Shown: positions 39,906 to 53,119 of the stretch, in pieces
Layout of the letters: every line of letters starts with the position of its first letter
How positions within the stretch are numbered: position 1 is the stretch's first letter
Source: Octopus sinensis
Taxonomy: Eukaryota
Direction: 5' to 3'
NCBI RefSeq assembly: GCF_006345805.1
Contig: NC_043008.1
Location: 186,001-250,000, forward strand
DNA: 64,000 nt
The notes under the pieces: generated by a model
What the model saw: only the letters and a program-made list of their open reading frames with translations
What the model was told of the DNA's origin: nothing
Databases searched by the model: none
Made by a program: the position numbers and the translations under genes

Positions 39906-40019
39906 TTTTGACTAGAACATATTATTTTCTACTTTAGACACCGGGCCCGAAATTTTGGGGGAAGGGGCCACTCGTTTAGATCGGCTCGCCGCTTTATTAT
40001 ACAATATTATATTATATTA

Positions 40020-40320
40020 TGAGGACGCATGGCCTAGTAGTTAATATGTTCCACTCGGGAGATCGTCGTTTTAATTACTAGACTGAATGGTGCGTTGTGT
40101 TCTTAAGGAAAACACTTCAGCTCACCTTGCTCTGCGATCACTACCACACCTGACGCGTGGTACACCTGTGCACCTGTTCAGGTAACGTCGATTTGACGGA
40201 GAGAGTGAGCTAACGTGCGGCACGGACATTTGATCTCTATAAACAAATCATTTGTGCAGGTCGTAGGGCAAAAGCTGAACACTCATATGTTGTCTTCGAC
40301 AGAGAGGCCATCGGATTCTA
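40020..40320 (+). mobile_element. tRNA-headed SINE, degenerate
   Basis: gaggacgcatggcctagtag head; gttgtgttcttaaggaaaacacttc CORE-like segment shared with 28290-28548. Confidence 0.5.
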
Positions 40321-40346
40321 TTATATAGTAATATTTACATTTAGAG

Positions 40347-40555
40347 AAGGCGGCGAACTGGCAGAAGCGTTAGCACGCTGGGCGAAATGCTTAGCAGTAT
40401 TTCGTCTGTCTTTACGTTCTGAGTTCAAATTCCGCCGAGGACGACTTTGTCTTTCATCATTTCTGGGTCGATAAATTAAATACCAGTTGCGTACAGGGGT
40501 CGATCTAATTGACTGTCCCCCTCCTGCCCAAAATTTTTGCGCCTTGAGTAGAAAA
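40347..40555 (+). mobile_element. SINE family B
   Basis: aggcggcgaactggcagaagcgttagcacg...ccttgagtagaaaagaata. Confidence 0.9.
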
Positions 40556-41219
40556 GAATATACCCAACCCCATTTTTTCCCTCAGTAGTGAGCATTATTT
40601 GAGTGAGTTCTATGCATCCTTTCAATTTGGGTAAGTTTGGAAGAAACGTTGGTGTGTCAGAGAAAATGCTTAGCGGTATTCTTTCCAGCTCTTTAAATGT
40701 TAGGGTAAGATCTTGCAGAGGTCGTTTTTGCCTTTCATCGTTTCAAACTCGATAAAATAAGATACAAGTTCAGCAATGGGGTCGATATAATCAGCAAGGA
40801 CCAGCCTTCGAAAATTTCATGTCATGTGACTATAGTAGAAATAAAAAAAAACAAAAAAAGCAACAGAAGTTGCAGTGTTAACAATTTATGGAACCGTATA
40901 TGCATCACAATGTCTTCTCATTTGGAGGTAGAAATTTCGTGATTTTCGAAAGATAAAAAAATTTTTTTAAAATGGAAAAGTAAATGAAAAGATCTTTTCC
41001 CCGCATACCTTAATACCTCTAAGCCATTCTCTGACTAATTATTTCTTTCTTTTATTTATATATTCGTTTATTCTGTGTATTTATTTATATCAAATTACTT
41101 CCTTGGACAATCTTCTCGATCAGGTTTCGTGTTGTTCACACTTTCCGAAAACCAAACACGGAAATCAAGCAGCAACGCTGACTTGTTTAATTACTTTTCT
41201 CTGTTGACTAATGTACGAC

Positions 41220-41328
41220 ACTATTTACTATTATTATTATCATTCTTCTTCTTCTTCTTCTTCTTCTTCTTCTTCTTCTTCTTCTTCTTCTTCTTCTTCT
41301 TCTTCTTCTTCTTCTTCTTCTTCTTCTT

Positions 41329-41361
<33 letters not shown>

Positions 41362-41391
41362 ATTATTATTATCTTTATTATTATTATCATC

Positions 41392-41439
<48 letters not shown>

Positions 41440-41581
41440 GTTGTTGTTATTGTTGTAGTAGTAGTAGTAGTAGTTGTTGTTGTTATTATCATTGTTGTTG
41501 TTGTAGTAGTAGTAGTAGTAGTAGTTGTTATTATTATTATTGCTGTTGTTGTTGATGATGATGTTGTTGTTGTTGTTGTTG

Positions 41582-41645
<64 letters not shown>
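41220..41645. repeat. Trinucleotide mosaic: (TTC)38, then (TTA)/(TTG)/(TAG)n
   Basis: Uninterrupted TTC 41243-41356. Confidence 0.95.
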
Positions 41646-41648
<3 letters not shown>

Positions 41649-42214
41649 GTATGCAGCACATGACTAGAGAGGAATGATGCAGGAATTTGGAGATAGATTG
41701 GAGGCGAGAAATAGTGAAGGATGTCGAAGGAAAAAAAAATCAAAGACAAAAACGAAAGTGAAAAAAGACAGGGAAAGGGAATAACAACAACAACAACAAC
41801 AAACACAGAAGCAACAGTAGCGTCAGCAACAGCGACAACAACAACAACGACAACAGCAATAATTATGATGATGATGGTGATGATGATGATGATGATCAAG
41901 AAGCGGATAGCAAAGATTACAAACTTGTAAAAAGGGAAGGCTGCTACTGCTGTTGCTACAACAGCAGGTGCTGCGGCTCTGCGGCTGTTGCCGCTGCTGA
42001 TGGTGATGATGTTGCTGCTGCTGCTGCTGCTGACGATGATGATGTTGATGATGATGATGATTAAGGATGAGGAAGATAATGAAATTTGAACAGAAAGGAA
42101 ACACAGTCAAACACACACTTCTGAAAAACAAAAAGAAAAAGGCTTCCAGTTATGAACTTCGAGATTTGCGCACATGCAATTCATGCACGCATGCATGCAT
42201 ACATGCATATATAT

Positions 42215-42247
<33 letters not shown>

Positions 42248-42322
42248 ATATTATATATATATATTATTATATATTATATATATAATACACATATATATAT
42301 AACATATATATATATATATATA

Positions 42323-42366
<44 letters not shown>

Positions 42367-42397
42367 TACATATATAATGTATGTATATATAATATTA

Positions 42398-42433
<36 letters not shown>

Positions 42434-42445
42434 TATATATATGTA

Positions 42446-42495
<50 letters not shown>

Positions 42496-42498
42496 TAT

Positions 42499-42541
<43 letters not shown>

Positions 42542-42730
42542 CATATATATATGCATATATATATGTATATATCGATGCATGCATATGTAAATGTGCGTGT
42601 GACATGCTTCAATATTTAGTTCAATCTTCTGTAATGGAGAAAGAGACTGGCGGATTTGTATTACTTGTATCCACACCCACGCCACCCACGCACATAACTA
42701 AATGAACGTGTATGTATGTGTGTGTGTGTG

Positions 42731-42766
<36 letters not shown>

Positions 42767-43112
42767 TTTAGTTCGATATGTGTGTCTCTCTCTCTCTATG
42801 CGTGTTTAATTATACGACTGTTTGTGTATGTTCATAATATCATCTCTGACTATTCTCCTCCACCGCATATAATATATATATATATATATATAATCTACGT
42901 ATGCATTATGTATAGCTAAATGGATATAAGGAAGTATATACATATACATATGTGAATACATGCATACACGCACAAGCACACAAACACACACGTACATATA
43001 TACGTACTGGTGCGTGTGACATGCATCGATTTTAAGTTGACCCTTCAGTAAAGAGAAAATTGAATGCTGGTCTTCAATGCTTCCAGGATACATGCATACA
43101 TACATACATACA

Positions 43113-43145
<33 letters not shown>

Positions 43146-43228
43146 GCATACATACATATATACATGGCTACATACATACATACATACATACATGCATACA
43201 TGCATAAATACATACATACATACATACA

Positions 43229-43261
<33 letters not shown>

Positions 43262-43536
43262 GTATATATGTACATGTATATCTATATGAGTGTGTGTATG
43301 TTCGTACATGTATGTATGTATATGTCTTTAGGTATTAACATATGGTGATGCTAGTTTGTACTTGCACGTGACTATCGTATCACGCTGTATACCATTATTT
43401 CATGAGAAGTGTAAGAAAAAAATCTAAACAAAAAATAAATGGAATTAAAAGGACAAAAAAAATTATGGATCTCTTCAATAACTCAGCTGAACTCTGAGTG
43501 TACATGGCAAAACTGTCGCTTATTAATGAATGTAAA

Positions 43537-43613
<77 letters not shown>

Positions 43614-44168
43614 CAAACGCACCCACACTTTCATACAGAGATGCTCTTACAACCAGAGGCTCACCTAAGCATAGATACTAAACACGCGCCCCCTCACACG
43701 TGTAAAATGAAAATGAATTGTAATGAAATATGACATAGATGTAGGTATCGTATATTAAATTTATGTAAAATTATACATTATGTCACGTATGGCGAGTATT
43801 ACTCGGCATAAATAATGATACGGAAGAACGTAGCAGCTCACCTCCGCCCACGCAAACGTCCACTCGTCTCATTTAATACCAGACTGTTTATAAACCTATT
43901 AAAATATCAGACATAATCAATCACATATTATGGCATATGTTTGTGTTTTGTAGCGTTCATTTTTTTAAAATTTTATGAACAGAAAAATGTGCGAAGAGAA
44001 TAATTATAGTTGCAAGTTTGCTCGTGTGGTTACGAGTAAGATGATTTGCTTAACAACCAACCAGTTCGAGGTTCGATTTCAACGCACAGAACTTTGGGTC
44101 AGTGACTTCGACAATAATGTTAAATTGCCCAGTACATACATACATATATACATACATACGTTCATATC

Positions 44169-44375
44169 CGAGGGGTGCTGAAAAGTTCCTGGCTGTAAGG
44201 GTATCGCAAAAGGCTTACTTGAAGGCCCAGATTTCCGAGTTCTTTTAGAAAAACAGAAGAACCTCTGCATTAAGTGTGTGAATCTGAGAGAGGAATATGT
44301 TGCATAAAATCATAATTAACTGATCTTGCTGTATTTCCTTTTACCTAAAATCAGGCACTTTTCCGCACCCTCTCC
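44169..44375 (+). mobile_element. Internally deleted mariner (MITE-like)
   Basis: Imperfect TIRs cgaggggtgctgaaaagttcctgg / atcaggcacttttccgcaccctctcc; interior retains the transposase end KCVNLRxEYV-*. Confidence 0.7.
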
Positions 44376-44634
44376 TACATAAACATACAGACATATCAAG
44401 GTATTATATTGATAGTTAGGGCAGGTGACAGCAGTTTCCTTTCGAAACAGATCTGCTAATTCTATTATTACAATCCAATATGTACTCTTAGTTGTTGCTG
44501 TATGTTAGCAAAATCCATATTAAAGTAGAGAATTATGGAAATTATTTGCAAAGTTATTACATAACAAATCAAGAAAACGTAATTTTTTAAATACATAATA
44601 CAAGAAAAATTTCACCTATAGCTGTATATATCTC

Positions 44635-44837
44635 TTTTCTTTCCTCCACCTCACTCTCTATTTTGTATCACATCGAAACTAACTATGACTTAATATTTCC
44701 TCTCACACCGTCTCAGATGAAGGGATATTATTAATTAATATCCTAGAAACAGCTGTAAGACCTTCTATCTATAAATGCTCTAATATCTATACAGCCTTGG
44801 TTTTTTTTTAATCTCATTACGCAAAAAAGTCTTATAT
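44635..44837 (+). mobile_element. Hammerhead-bearing interspersed repeat (family C), copy 2
   Basis: Similar to 38538-38737. Confidence 0.75.
44710..44761 (+). ncRNA. Type I hammerhead motif, U4->A variant
   Basis: GUCU-CAGAUGA-A-GGGAUAUUA-UUAAU-UAAUAUCCU-A-GAAA-CAGCUG-U-A-AGAC. Confidence 0.7.
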
Positions 44838-45764
44838 ACACACGCTGACATAGAACCAACATTTGAACCCTTTATTCGCAATATTACCGAATCTGGAACT
44901 TAACTACGGTCTGTCTATAGCACTTATTCAGTATTACCTGACACCATTATCACTTATATATATATATATATAATATATGTGGCAATTATTCGGTACCCAT
45001 CATGGCTACCGAATAATTATATTTACAAATAAATTCCTCTATTTAAGTAATATCGAGGTCTCTTTCATTCTTTTGTTGTCTTACCATTTCTATCAATAAT
45101 ATATATATATATAAACCAGCTTAGAGAAGAAGAAGAAACGAAACGAAACCAAACGAATCGAATCGACGCGAAGGCGCTCAGTCATACAATAGTGTAATAA
45201 ATAAAATATATGCATACATACAAACATATATGTACGTACCTACATCTACTTGTATATATACATGCATATACAAATATATATACGTGTGTACAGGACACCA
45301 CAAATAGACGTAGAACTCAACGAGAAACGAAAACGTAAAAACAGCATGGAAGGGACCATTTTTTTAACAACGAAAAAACAGAGTACAAGACAACTACACA
45401 AGGAAAAATCCCTCATCAGCTGTCCCTAGTTCAACTCCAGCGTGTTTCGAAGGTGAGAGAAAGAACACGTCTCGCCGAAACTAATCCTTCCTGCGAAAGA
45501 ATTAAATAAAATTCCTTTGCAGAGGGGTAAAAAACAAGAAAAAAAATGTGACAAAAAAACAGGACGTAAAAACAATACAATTAAAACAATACAAAATAAA
45601 AATACAATTACAAAAATACAGTACAAGAAGGAATAGAAACAGGACAGGAAAACAAATAAAGAGGGCCTATAAGCCTAGAGGAGGAAAAAATTTTTTCACG
45701 AGCGCAGGAAGAAACATGTTTACTTGAATAAGGCCGCCAGCGAAAGGAAGTTCGTAGACACAGG

Positions 45765-45796
<32 letters not shown>

Positions 45797-45815
45797 GTGT
45801 GTGTGTGTGTGTGTG

Positions 45816-45851
<36 letters not shown>

Positions 45852-45963
45852 GTGTGTGTGTGTGTACACGGCAAAAAGAAAATTTAGAGCACAGTTTAAG
45901 CTATCTTTTCGTGGAAGAAGGTTTATGTTCCTATAAACTGTGTTAATTCTATATCCTTTTAAA

Positions 45964-46348
45964 ATGGAAGATAAGAAAGTTCATTTTCGGCACTTGATAT
46001 TTTGGGAACCAGACAAAATTGTTGCAGCTCGGCTGGGATGTGTTACCCCACCCTCCATATTCACCAGATATTGCTCCTTCGGATTTCCACTTATTCAGAT
46101 CTCTGCAGAATAGTCTTAATGGTAAAAATTCCAATTCCTTGGATGACGTAAAAAGATAGCTTGATGAATTCTTTACCATGAAACTCCCTCCATTCTGGGA
46201 AGAGAGTATTTTCAAATTAAAAGAAAGATGGAAACGCATTGTGCACCAAAATGGTCCATATTTGGTTGATTAAAAATAAAATGGCAAGTATTTATTGGCC
46301 TTTATTTTTCCTTTAAAAATCGGCACGAACTTTCCGGACAACCCAATA
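45964..46348 (+). mobile_element. Internally deleted mariner (second subfamily) with right TIR
   Basis: MEDKKVHFRHL joined to QKLLQLGWDVLPHPPYSPDIAPSDFHLFRSLQNSLNG...KERWKRIVHQNGPYLVD*; TIR cggcacgaactttccggacaacccaa followed by TA. Confidence 0.9.
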
Positions 46349-46564
46349 TATAAACAGTATATATAAAGGGCATGAAGTAATCATTGTATTCCAATTTCTT
46401 TCACTTTTCAATGATTGGCAATCGAGCGACTATCTTTCCATAGAGACAAAACACAGGCGAAGCTTTCGAGTTTTTTGGATAAAGTTTTCAAAAATAACCC
46501 AATAGATTTACTATTAATTCCCTGAAATATTCACGGGTCCCGCTAGTTTGAATTATTAGGTGTC

Positions 46565-46745
46565 AATAGGGCAGAGAGCTAGCAAGTTTTCGTGGCATTT
46601 CGTCCGTCTTTTCGTTCAAGTTCCATCAGGGTTGATTCTGCTTTTGATCCTTTCGGAGTCGATAAAATAAATACCCGTTGAGCACCGTGATTCATCTACA
46701 CGACATACCCATCCCTCGAAATTTCCGGCCTTGTGCCAAAATTTG
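46565..46745 (+). mobile_element. SINE family B, degenerate
   Basis: Core gcttttgatcctttcggagtcgataaaataaatacc and tail aaatttccggccttgtgccaaaatttgaaa. Confidence 0.65.
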
Positions 46746-47349
46746 AAATCAATAATTAGATGTTTATAAACCATTAGGTCGTTACAAATCAGGAAAATGT
46801 TGAGAGTTTGTCGCTTAAAATCCGTTTGAAGACTAATATTTTAGAATTCCTTTAATACGCTCGTATTTTCTATATATGTAGACGGGGCAGTTGGACTACG
46901 AACACACACACATACAAACACACACAAACACACACACATTATTATACATACAAATATACATAGACACACATGTGTGCAGTGTATGTTTACTATATCTGCG
47001 CTAATACTTAGCCTTGCTTTCATTTATGCTAAAACCAAACTAATATCACATAAACAGTTATTTTACAACACATAACGATAAGAAATAAGATTCGGAATTC
47101 TCTATAAAATTCCAAGAATATTTCAAAGAAGAATCCTATAACACGACCAACCAATCCCATATGTCAGGCCTGCCCTTTTTACCCTATTAGTTCCAAAAAT
47201 AAAACTGCATATCATTAGTATCATGTTTCCGGGAGTGACGTTCACACGATATACTCACCCGGAAATAGATAGCAAAGAGATAGCACTGGTATTGTTTAAA
47301 TTACGCTTGAACATATGTATATGTACTATAATATATATATATATATGTA

Positions 47350-47415
<66 letters not shown>

Positions 47416-47647
47416 TAACATATCCTATATATATTATATATATCTATATATAATATTACATATATATATATATATATCTATATATATATATATATATATA
47501 TATGTAATATATATATATAAATAATATATATATATATATTATGTATATTTATATATATATCTATATATATCAATATAATAAAATATACATAATATATAAT
47601 ATATATAATATTATATATATATGTATATATATATACAGTTCTATATG

Positions 47648-47725
47648 CGCAGGGGCATATGGTTGTGTAGTGGTTAAGAGGGCGGACTATATCTCAAGAT
47701 TCCGAGTTCGATTATTATTCAGTGA

Positions 47726-47759
<34 letters not shown>

Positions 47760-47880
47760 TATTATAACATCGAAAAATACCTTAGGAAAGAGAACCCAGC
47801 TTCGAAGTTTCTCCAAGATACCTGATGAAGGCTGGAGGGTATAAGAAGACGAGGACAAATATCCGTCAAATGTAAATAAT
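47648..47880 (+). mobile_element. Chimeric element: tRNA-like head + (AAT)n + truncated hammerhead-like segment
   Basis: TAGTGG A-box-like and GAGTTCGATT B-box-like (47704-47713) motifs, then CUGAUGA-A-GGCUG at 47822; the 3' half of the ribozyme is absent. Confidence 0.45.
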
Positions 47881-47928
47881 AATATATATATATATATAAT
47901 ATATTATATATAATATATATATATATAT

Positions 47929-47962
<34 letters not shown>

Positions 47963-48177
47963 ATAAATTATATATAATATGTATATATATATATATAGTA
48001 TACATATATATATTATATACATATATATATATATATATATTATTATATATATATATATATATATATAATTAATCTTTATGTATATATATTTCTATATATG
48101 GTGTGGGATATATTTGTGTATAAAAGTACTTACGTATATAGGCTAATATTCATGGATATCTGTCTGTATATATATAT

Positions 48178-48237
48178 TGATTGATTGATTCTAGTTTCAG
48201 CTCACTAGCTGTGGCCATGCTGGGGCACCGCCATTTG
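48178..48237 (-). mobile_element. Extreme 5'-truncated copy of the CR1-type LINE 3' end
   Basis: Reverse complement caaatggcggtgccccagcatggccacagctagtgagctgaaactagaatcaatcaa matches 256-312 with 3 substitutions. Confidence 0.85.
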
Positions 48238-48509
48238 TATATATATACATACTTATATATTCGTTCCTATATATATATTTATTCATAGGTATGTGTCTAT
48301 AGATGGATAAGTACAGAGCGAGAGAGAGAGAGAGAGAGAGAGAGAGGGCGAGAGAGAAAGAGAGAGTTAGTGTGAGAGAAAGAAATTGAAAGAGTGAGAT
48401 AGAGATATATAGATAGAGTGAGAGAGAGAGAGAGAGACAGAGAGAAAGAGAGAGAGAAAGATACAGAGAGAGAAGAAATCATGTAAGTTCAGAATATCAA
48501 CACTTACTA

Positions 48510-48720
48510 AGGTGGCAAACTCGCAGAATCGTTCGTACGCCGGACAAAATGCTTATCGGCATTTCGTTCGCCTTTACTTTCTGAAGTCAAATTCTGCTGA
48601 TGTCTACTTTGTATTTTAAACTTCCAGAGTCGATAAAAAAAGTACTAATTGAGCACTGGGGTCGATCTGCTCGACCTAACCCTCCCCCGAAATTGCTGGC
48701 CTTGTGGCAAAATCTGAATG
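48510..48720 (+). mobile_element. SINE family B, degenerate
   Basis: aggtggcaaactcgcagaatcgtt...ggccttgtggcaaaatctgaa. Confidence 0.7.
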
Positions 48721-49256
48721 CAGTATATTTAGTTATTGTCGAACTAACGCCCGACCATCTTATTGCCTCTAGCTTTTATAGAATAATAGCAATGTTCTCA
48801 ATGATGTTGTACTAATTCCAAGTTAAAGCTGTGACCAAACAATTTCCGTAAAGCGAAGACGTGTTTGTAGCCACGCAACCATCATAGCCTGGTAGAAATA
48901 ACAGCAAAATTTCGATCACATCAAATTTGACCGGTTTGAATTTTGTTGGATACTTTAGACAATACAGTGTAGTGTAAGATATAAAAAAAAATGGGATGGT
49001 CAGCGAGGAAGCTATTTATTTTATTAATTAGGTTTAATCGATCACGGAAGGCAAAGAGATAAAACAATAATGACGAACGAAAAACGATAACAACAACGTG
49101 GAAAACAGTTATAAATTATTTAAATATAGAATTATTAGTAAACAACACGAGTCGGGAAATTTGTTTATAAATCATGTTGTTTTCCCGTCAGATCAGTTGC
49201 TCATTACAAGGACATATATATATATATATATATGTACACACACAACACATATGATA

Positions 49257-49288
<32 letters not shown>

Positions 49289-49476
49289 TATATTATATAT
49301 ATATATACGTATATAAACATAATATATAACTTAATATACATACATATATACATATATATATATATAACATATATATATATACATATAATATGTGTGTATG
49401 TATATATATATATATATAATATAATAAATATACAGAAAAAATACATATAATATATAACATGGGAACGTATCATATA

Positions 49477-49561
49477 ACATGGGAACGTAAAAAAACACAC
49501 TATCGGTTGTCAAGCGATGTGGGGGGACAAACATACACCAATAATATATATATAATATATA

Positions 49562-49610
<49 letters not shown>

Positions 49611-49810
49611 CGTGTATGTTTGTCCCCCCACATCCTACCGATAGTAGTGTTCTTACGTTCCCATAACTTAGCGGTTCAGCTTAAAAGACCTATAGAATAA
49701 GTACTAGGCTTACAAAGAATAAGTCCTGGAGTCGATTTGTTCGACTAAAAGTGGTGTCGCAGTATGGCCGTGGTCAAATGACTGAAACAAGTAAAAGAAA
49801 TAAAAGAAAA
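49477..49810. mobile_element. SINE family A 3' half with an inverted partial duplicate across a (TA)n tract
   Basis: 49477-49538 is the reverse complement of ~49612-49664. Confidence 0.75.
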
Positions 49811-49855
49811 ATATATATAGTCAATTCAAATAAACAAATAATAAAACTAATAATA

Positions 49856-51144
49856 CGAGGGACGTTCAATAAGTAATGCCTCTGACCCACTTGCAGTTGT
49901 TTGATCTACCTGAAATTGCATGTGCAATCGTTTATATCTCTATAGAGTAAGTGGCAAATTACAGCTCTGAATTAATTGTGGTTTCTGATTTACAGGTGTT
50001 TGAACTGAGTCAAGTGTGAAATGGAGCCTGTTGAGTGTCGAGCAGTGATCCGGTTTTTGTATTTGAAAGGACGCACACCACGGGAGACTTTTGATGAAAT
50101 GAAAGTAACTTATGGTGATGATGCCCCATCATATGACCTTGTAAAACGCTGGCATCGTGAATTCAAACATGGTCGGAACTCTGTGGAAACAGCTCCCAGA
50201 TCTGGTCGCCCCCTTCTGCCATTGATGTGGCATCTGTCCGTCAAGTTGAGGCTGCCATTTTGGAAGATCGACGCATAACTATTCGCCAAATAGCCCATGA
50301 GGTCAAGATTAGTACCGGGTCTGTGGAAACTATCATTCATGACCATTTGCATATGCAAAAGGTATCTGCCAGATGGATTCCCAGGTTGCCTACGCCTTTC
50401 CAGAAGCAAGAACGCGTCGAGTGCTCGAGGGTGAATTTGGAGATGTGCCAAGAAGATGAGTCAAAATTTTTCAAAAGACTGATTACACAGGATGAAACCT
50501 GGGTCCATCACGATGATCCGGAGACCAAATCCCAGTCAATGCAGTGGAAGCACCGTGACTCACCCCCTCCAAAGAAGGCAAGGGTGCAGCCCTCCGCTGG
50601 CAAGGTCATGCTCACAGTCTTCTGGGACCAGGACGGAGTAGTGATGACAGATTTCCTGGCAAAGGGTACCACAATTACAGGAGCCTATTATGCTTCACTT
50701 TTGAGGAAATTAAGAGAAGTTATCAAAATCAAAAGGTGGGGCAAGATCAGCAAAGGCATCCTCCTCCTGCAGGACAAAGCTCCGGTCCACAACTCGCTTA
50801 TCGCCAGATCAGAAGCACAGGCGTATGGCTATGAACTCCTCCCCCATCCCCCTACTTTCCTGACCTTGCACCCTCTGATTTTCACCTCTTCCCAGTCATG
50901 AAGTTGTTTTTGAAAGGAAAGCGTTTCCCAGATGATGCAGTCTTGATTTCTGAAGTCGCGTTCAGGTTGCAGGACCAAGCTGGGGTCTTCTATAAAAACG
51001 GTATCCAGAGCTGCATCAAACAATGGGAGAAATGCGTAACTCTGGGTGGTTGCTATGTAGAAAAAGACCAATAACTGTGCCAAGTTTCGTTGCTCTACTT
51101 CTATGGGAAGTGGGTCAGGGGCATTACTTATTGAACGCCCCTCG
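49856..51144 (+). mobile_element. Near full-length mariner transposon (irritans/Hsmar2-like TIRs), TA-flanked
   Basis: TIRs cgagggacgttcaataagtaatgcctctgacccac / gtgggtcaggggcattacttattgaacgcccctcg; TA at 49854-55 and 51145-46; 1289 bp. Confidence 0.97.
50021..51074 (+). pseudogene. Mariner DD34D transposase, two frameshifts
   Basis: MEPVECRAVIRFL..., WIPRL, TQDETWVH, LLQDKAPVH, P(Y)xPDLAPSDFHLF...WEKCVTLGGCYVEKDQ*; frame changes near 50215 and in the C-run near 50850. Confidence 0.95.
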
Positions 51145-51145
51145 T

Positions 51146-51420
51146 AGCAGACAACTAGTGGATGAACACGAAGAATGTTTGTCATTCAGTAAAAAGACTT
51201 TTTGACGTTTCGTCAGAAAGGAGAAAGAGAAACATCCAAAGAAGGTAAAAAAATGGCCAACAGTACCTGTGTATTTCCCTCCTCTTTTCACTTCACTGTC
51301 TAAATGTCATTTTTTCTCGCCCCTCCTTACTTCTTCTGTCCCTCTGCCTCTACCCCTCTCTCTCTTCCAGTGTTCGGCCAAGCCTGATCTTTCATTCTTG
51401 GTTCAGCCGCTGTCCGTGCA
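51146..51420 (-). mobile_element. Penelope-type terminal repeat interrupted by the mariner; helix II of its hammerhead deleted (51198-51220)
   Basis: The left mariner flank (atatagtcaattcaaataaacaaa, ~49815-49850) matches the start of the copy at 55550-55660; the right flank resembles family B at 53640-53790. Confidence 0.5.
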
Positions 51421-51831
51421 GCATCTATATTCTTCTCTGTGCCTGTGAAAACTTGTATCCCAGTTTAATTTAATTCGTCCTTAGTCGAAAGACACCTGTT
51501 GTTATGTCCTGTTATTTGTATTTGTGTAAACTTCTCCATTTTTTTTCGTCCTTGTTTTCGTATACATTAGCTTAGTTTTTCCTTGGGGCTGGCCAGATTG
51601 GAGCAATCACGAGTATAACCAGCCGAAACTGCAAAGATAACCTGGAACTCGACTGAGGAAAGAAATCTCCGAATGACCCGTCCTTTCTTTCTTTGTATCG
51701 TCTATCTGGATGTTTTGTTTTCCCTTTCCTGTATCACCTAACTGCGTGGATGTTTTGCGTTCTTGTCCCATTTTGCATTTTATATATATACGTATATATA
51801 TAAATATAATATACATATACATACTTACATT

Positions 51832-51910
<79 letters not shown>

Positions 51911-52175
51911 GCACATATCTACACACACACACACACATACATATGTATGTAGTCAAATACGATACTGGCAAAAGTAACTTGTCGAATGCTGTGGAAAGCT
52001 CATCCATAGCTATTGGCTACCTGAGGTCATCGTATGGCGGAAACAATCCTTTACTCTGTATACATCAAGAATTCCATAGTACCCGTATTCTGTATATAAA
52101 TGGATAAACGATAGAAAATGACGAACGACTAACTTTATTCAAAATCAAAGATACATATATATGTATGTATATTTA

Positions 52176-52252
<77 letters not shown>

Positions 52253-52786
52253 CGTCAGTTATCTACGTGCGTTTTTTTTCTTTCCTCTCTGTCTCCCCTT
52301 TTCCTTATGTCTTTTTCTCCTGGCTTTCTTCTCTCTCTCGGAGTTTTTCTTATACATCCAACAAGTGACTCGGAATCCTACATTTCCCCTCCATGACATT
52401 TGCTTTATAACGTTTTCCTTCTTCGGGCAATCCGCCGAAGAATATCAGCTATGAACGCGCCACAGACTTTCCCTGTGTTTTGTATTTGAATTTGCTATTT
52501 GCCATTAATTATGTTCATATGCATGGATGCACGAATGTCGTGCTTTCATTTCCATTGTGCATTCTTACACTTTCTATTGTAATGCATCTCTCCCCCCATT
52601 CTCTTTCTCTATATATAAATAATATATATACATGCATAATATATATGCATAATATAAATAATATATATATATGCATATATGGGTACAGGATGTCACCAAC
52701 AACAAACAACATGAGTTTGATACGTAAGGATTGAGAGAAAAATGGAAAACAGGACATATACATACATACATACATACATACATACA

Positions 52787-52822
<36 letters not shown>

Positions 52823-52832
52823 TATATGGTTT

Positions 52833-53036
52833 CTTTTTTATTCTTTTATTTGTTTCAGTCATTAGACTGCGGCCATGCTGGAACACCGCCTTTAGTCGAG
52901 CAAATCGCCCCTAGGACTTGTAAGCCTAGTAGTTATTCCATCGATCTCTTTGCCGAACCGCTAAGTTACAGTGATGTAAACACACAAGCCTCGGTTGTCA
53001 AGAGATATTGGGGGAAAGGGGACAAACACAGACACG

Positions 53037-53050
<14 letters not shown>
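52833..53050 (-). mobile_element. SINE family A, 3' half
   Basis: ttgtttcagtcattagactgcggccatgctggaacaccgcc... Confidence 0.85.
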
Positions 53051-53076
<26 letters not shown>

Positions 53077-53119
53077 CACACACACACACACATACATATA
53101 TAATGTATATATATTATTT

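Noticed and set aside
51585-51640. GGCUGG/CCAGCC stem followed by GAAACUGCA
   Set aside because: No recognisable CUGANGA; at best a heavily decayed remnant.
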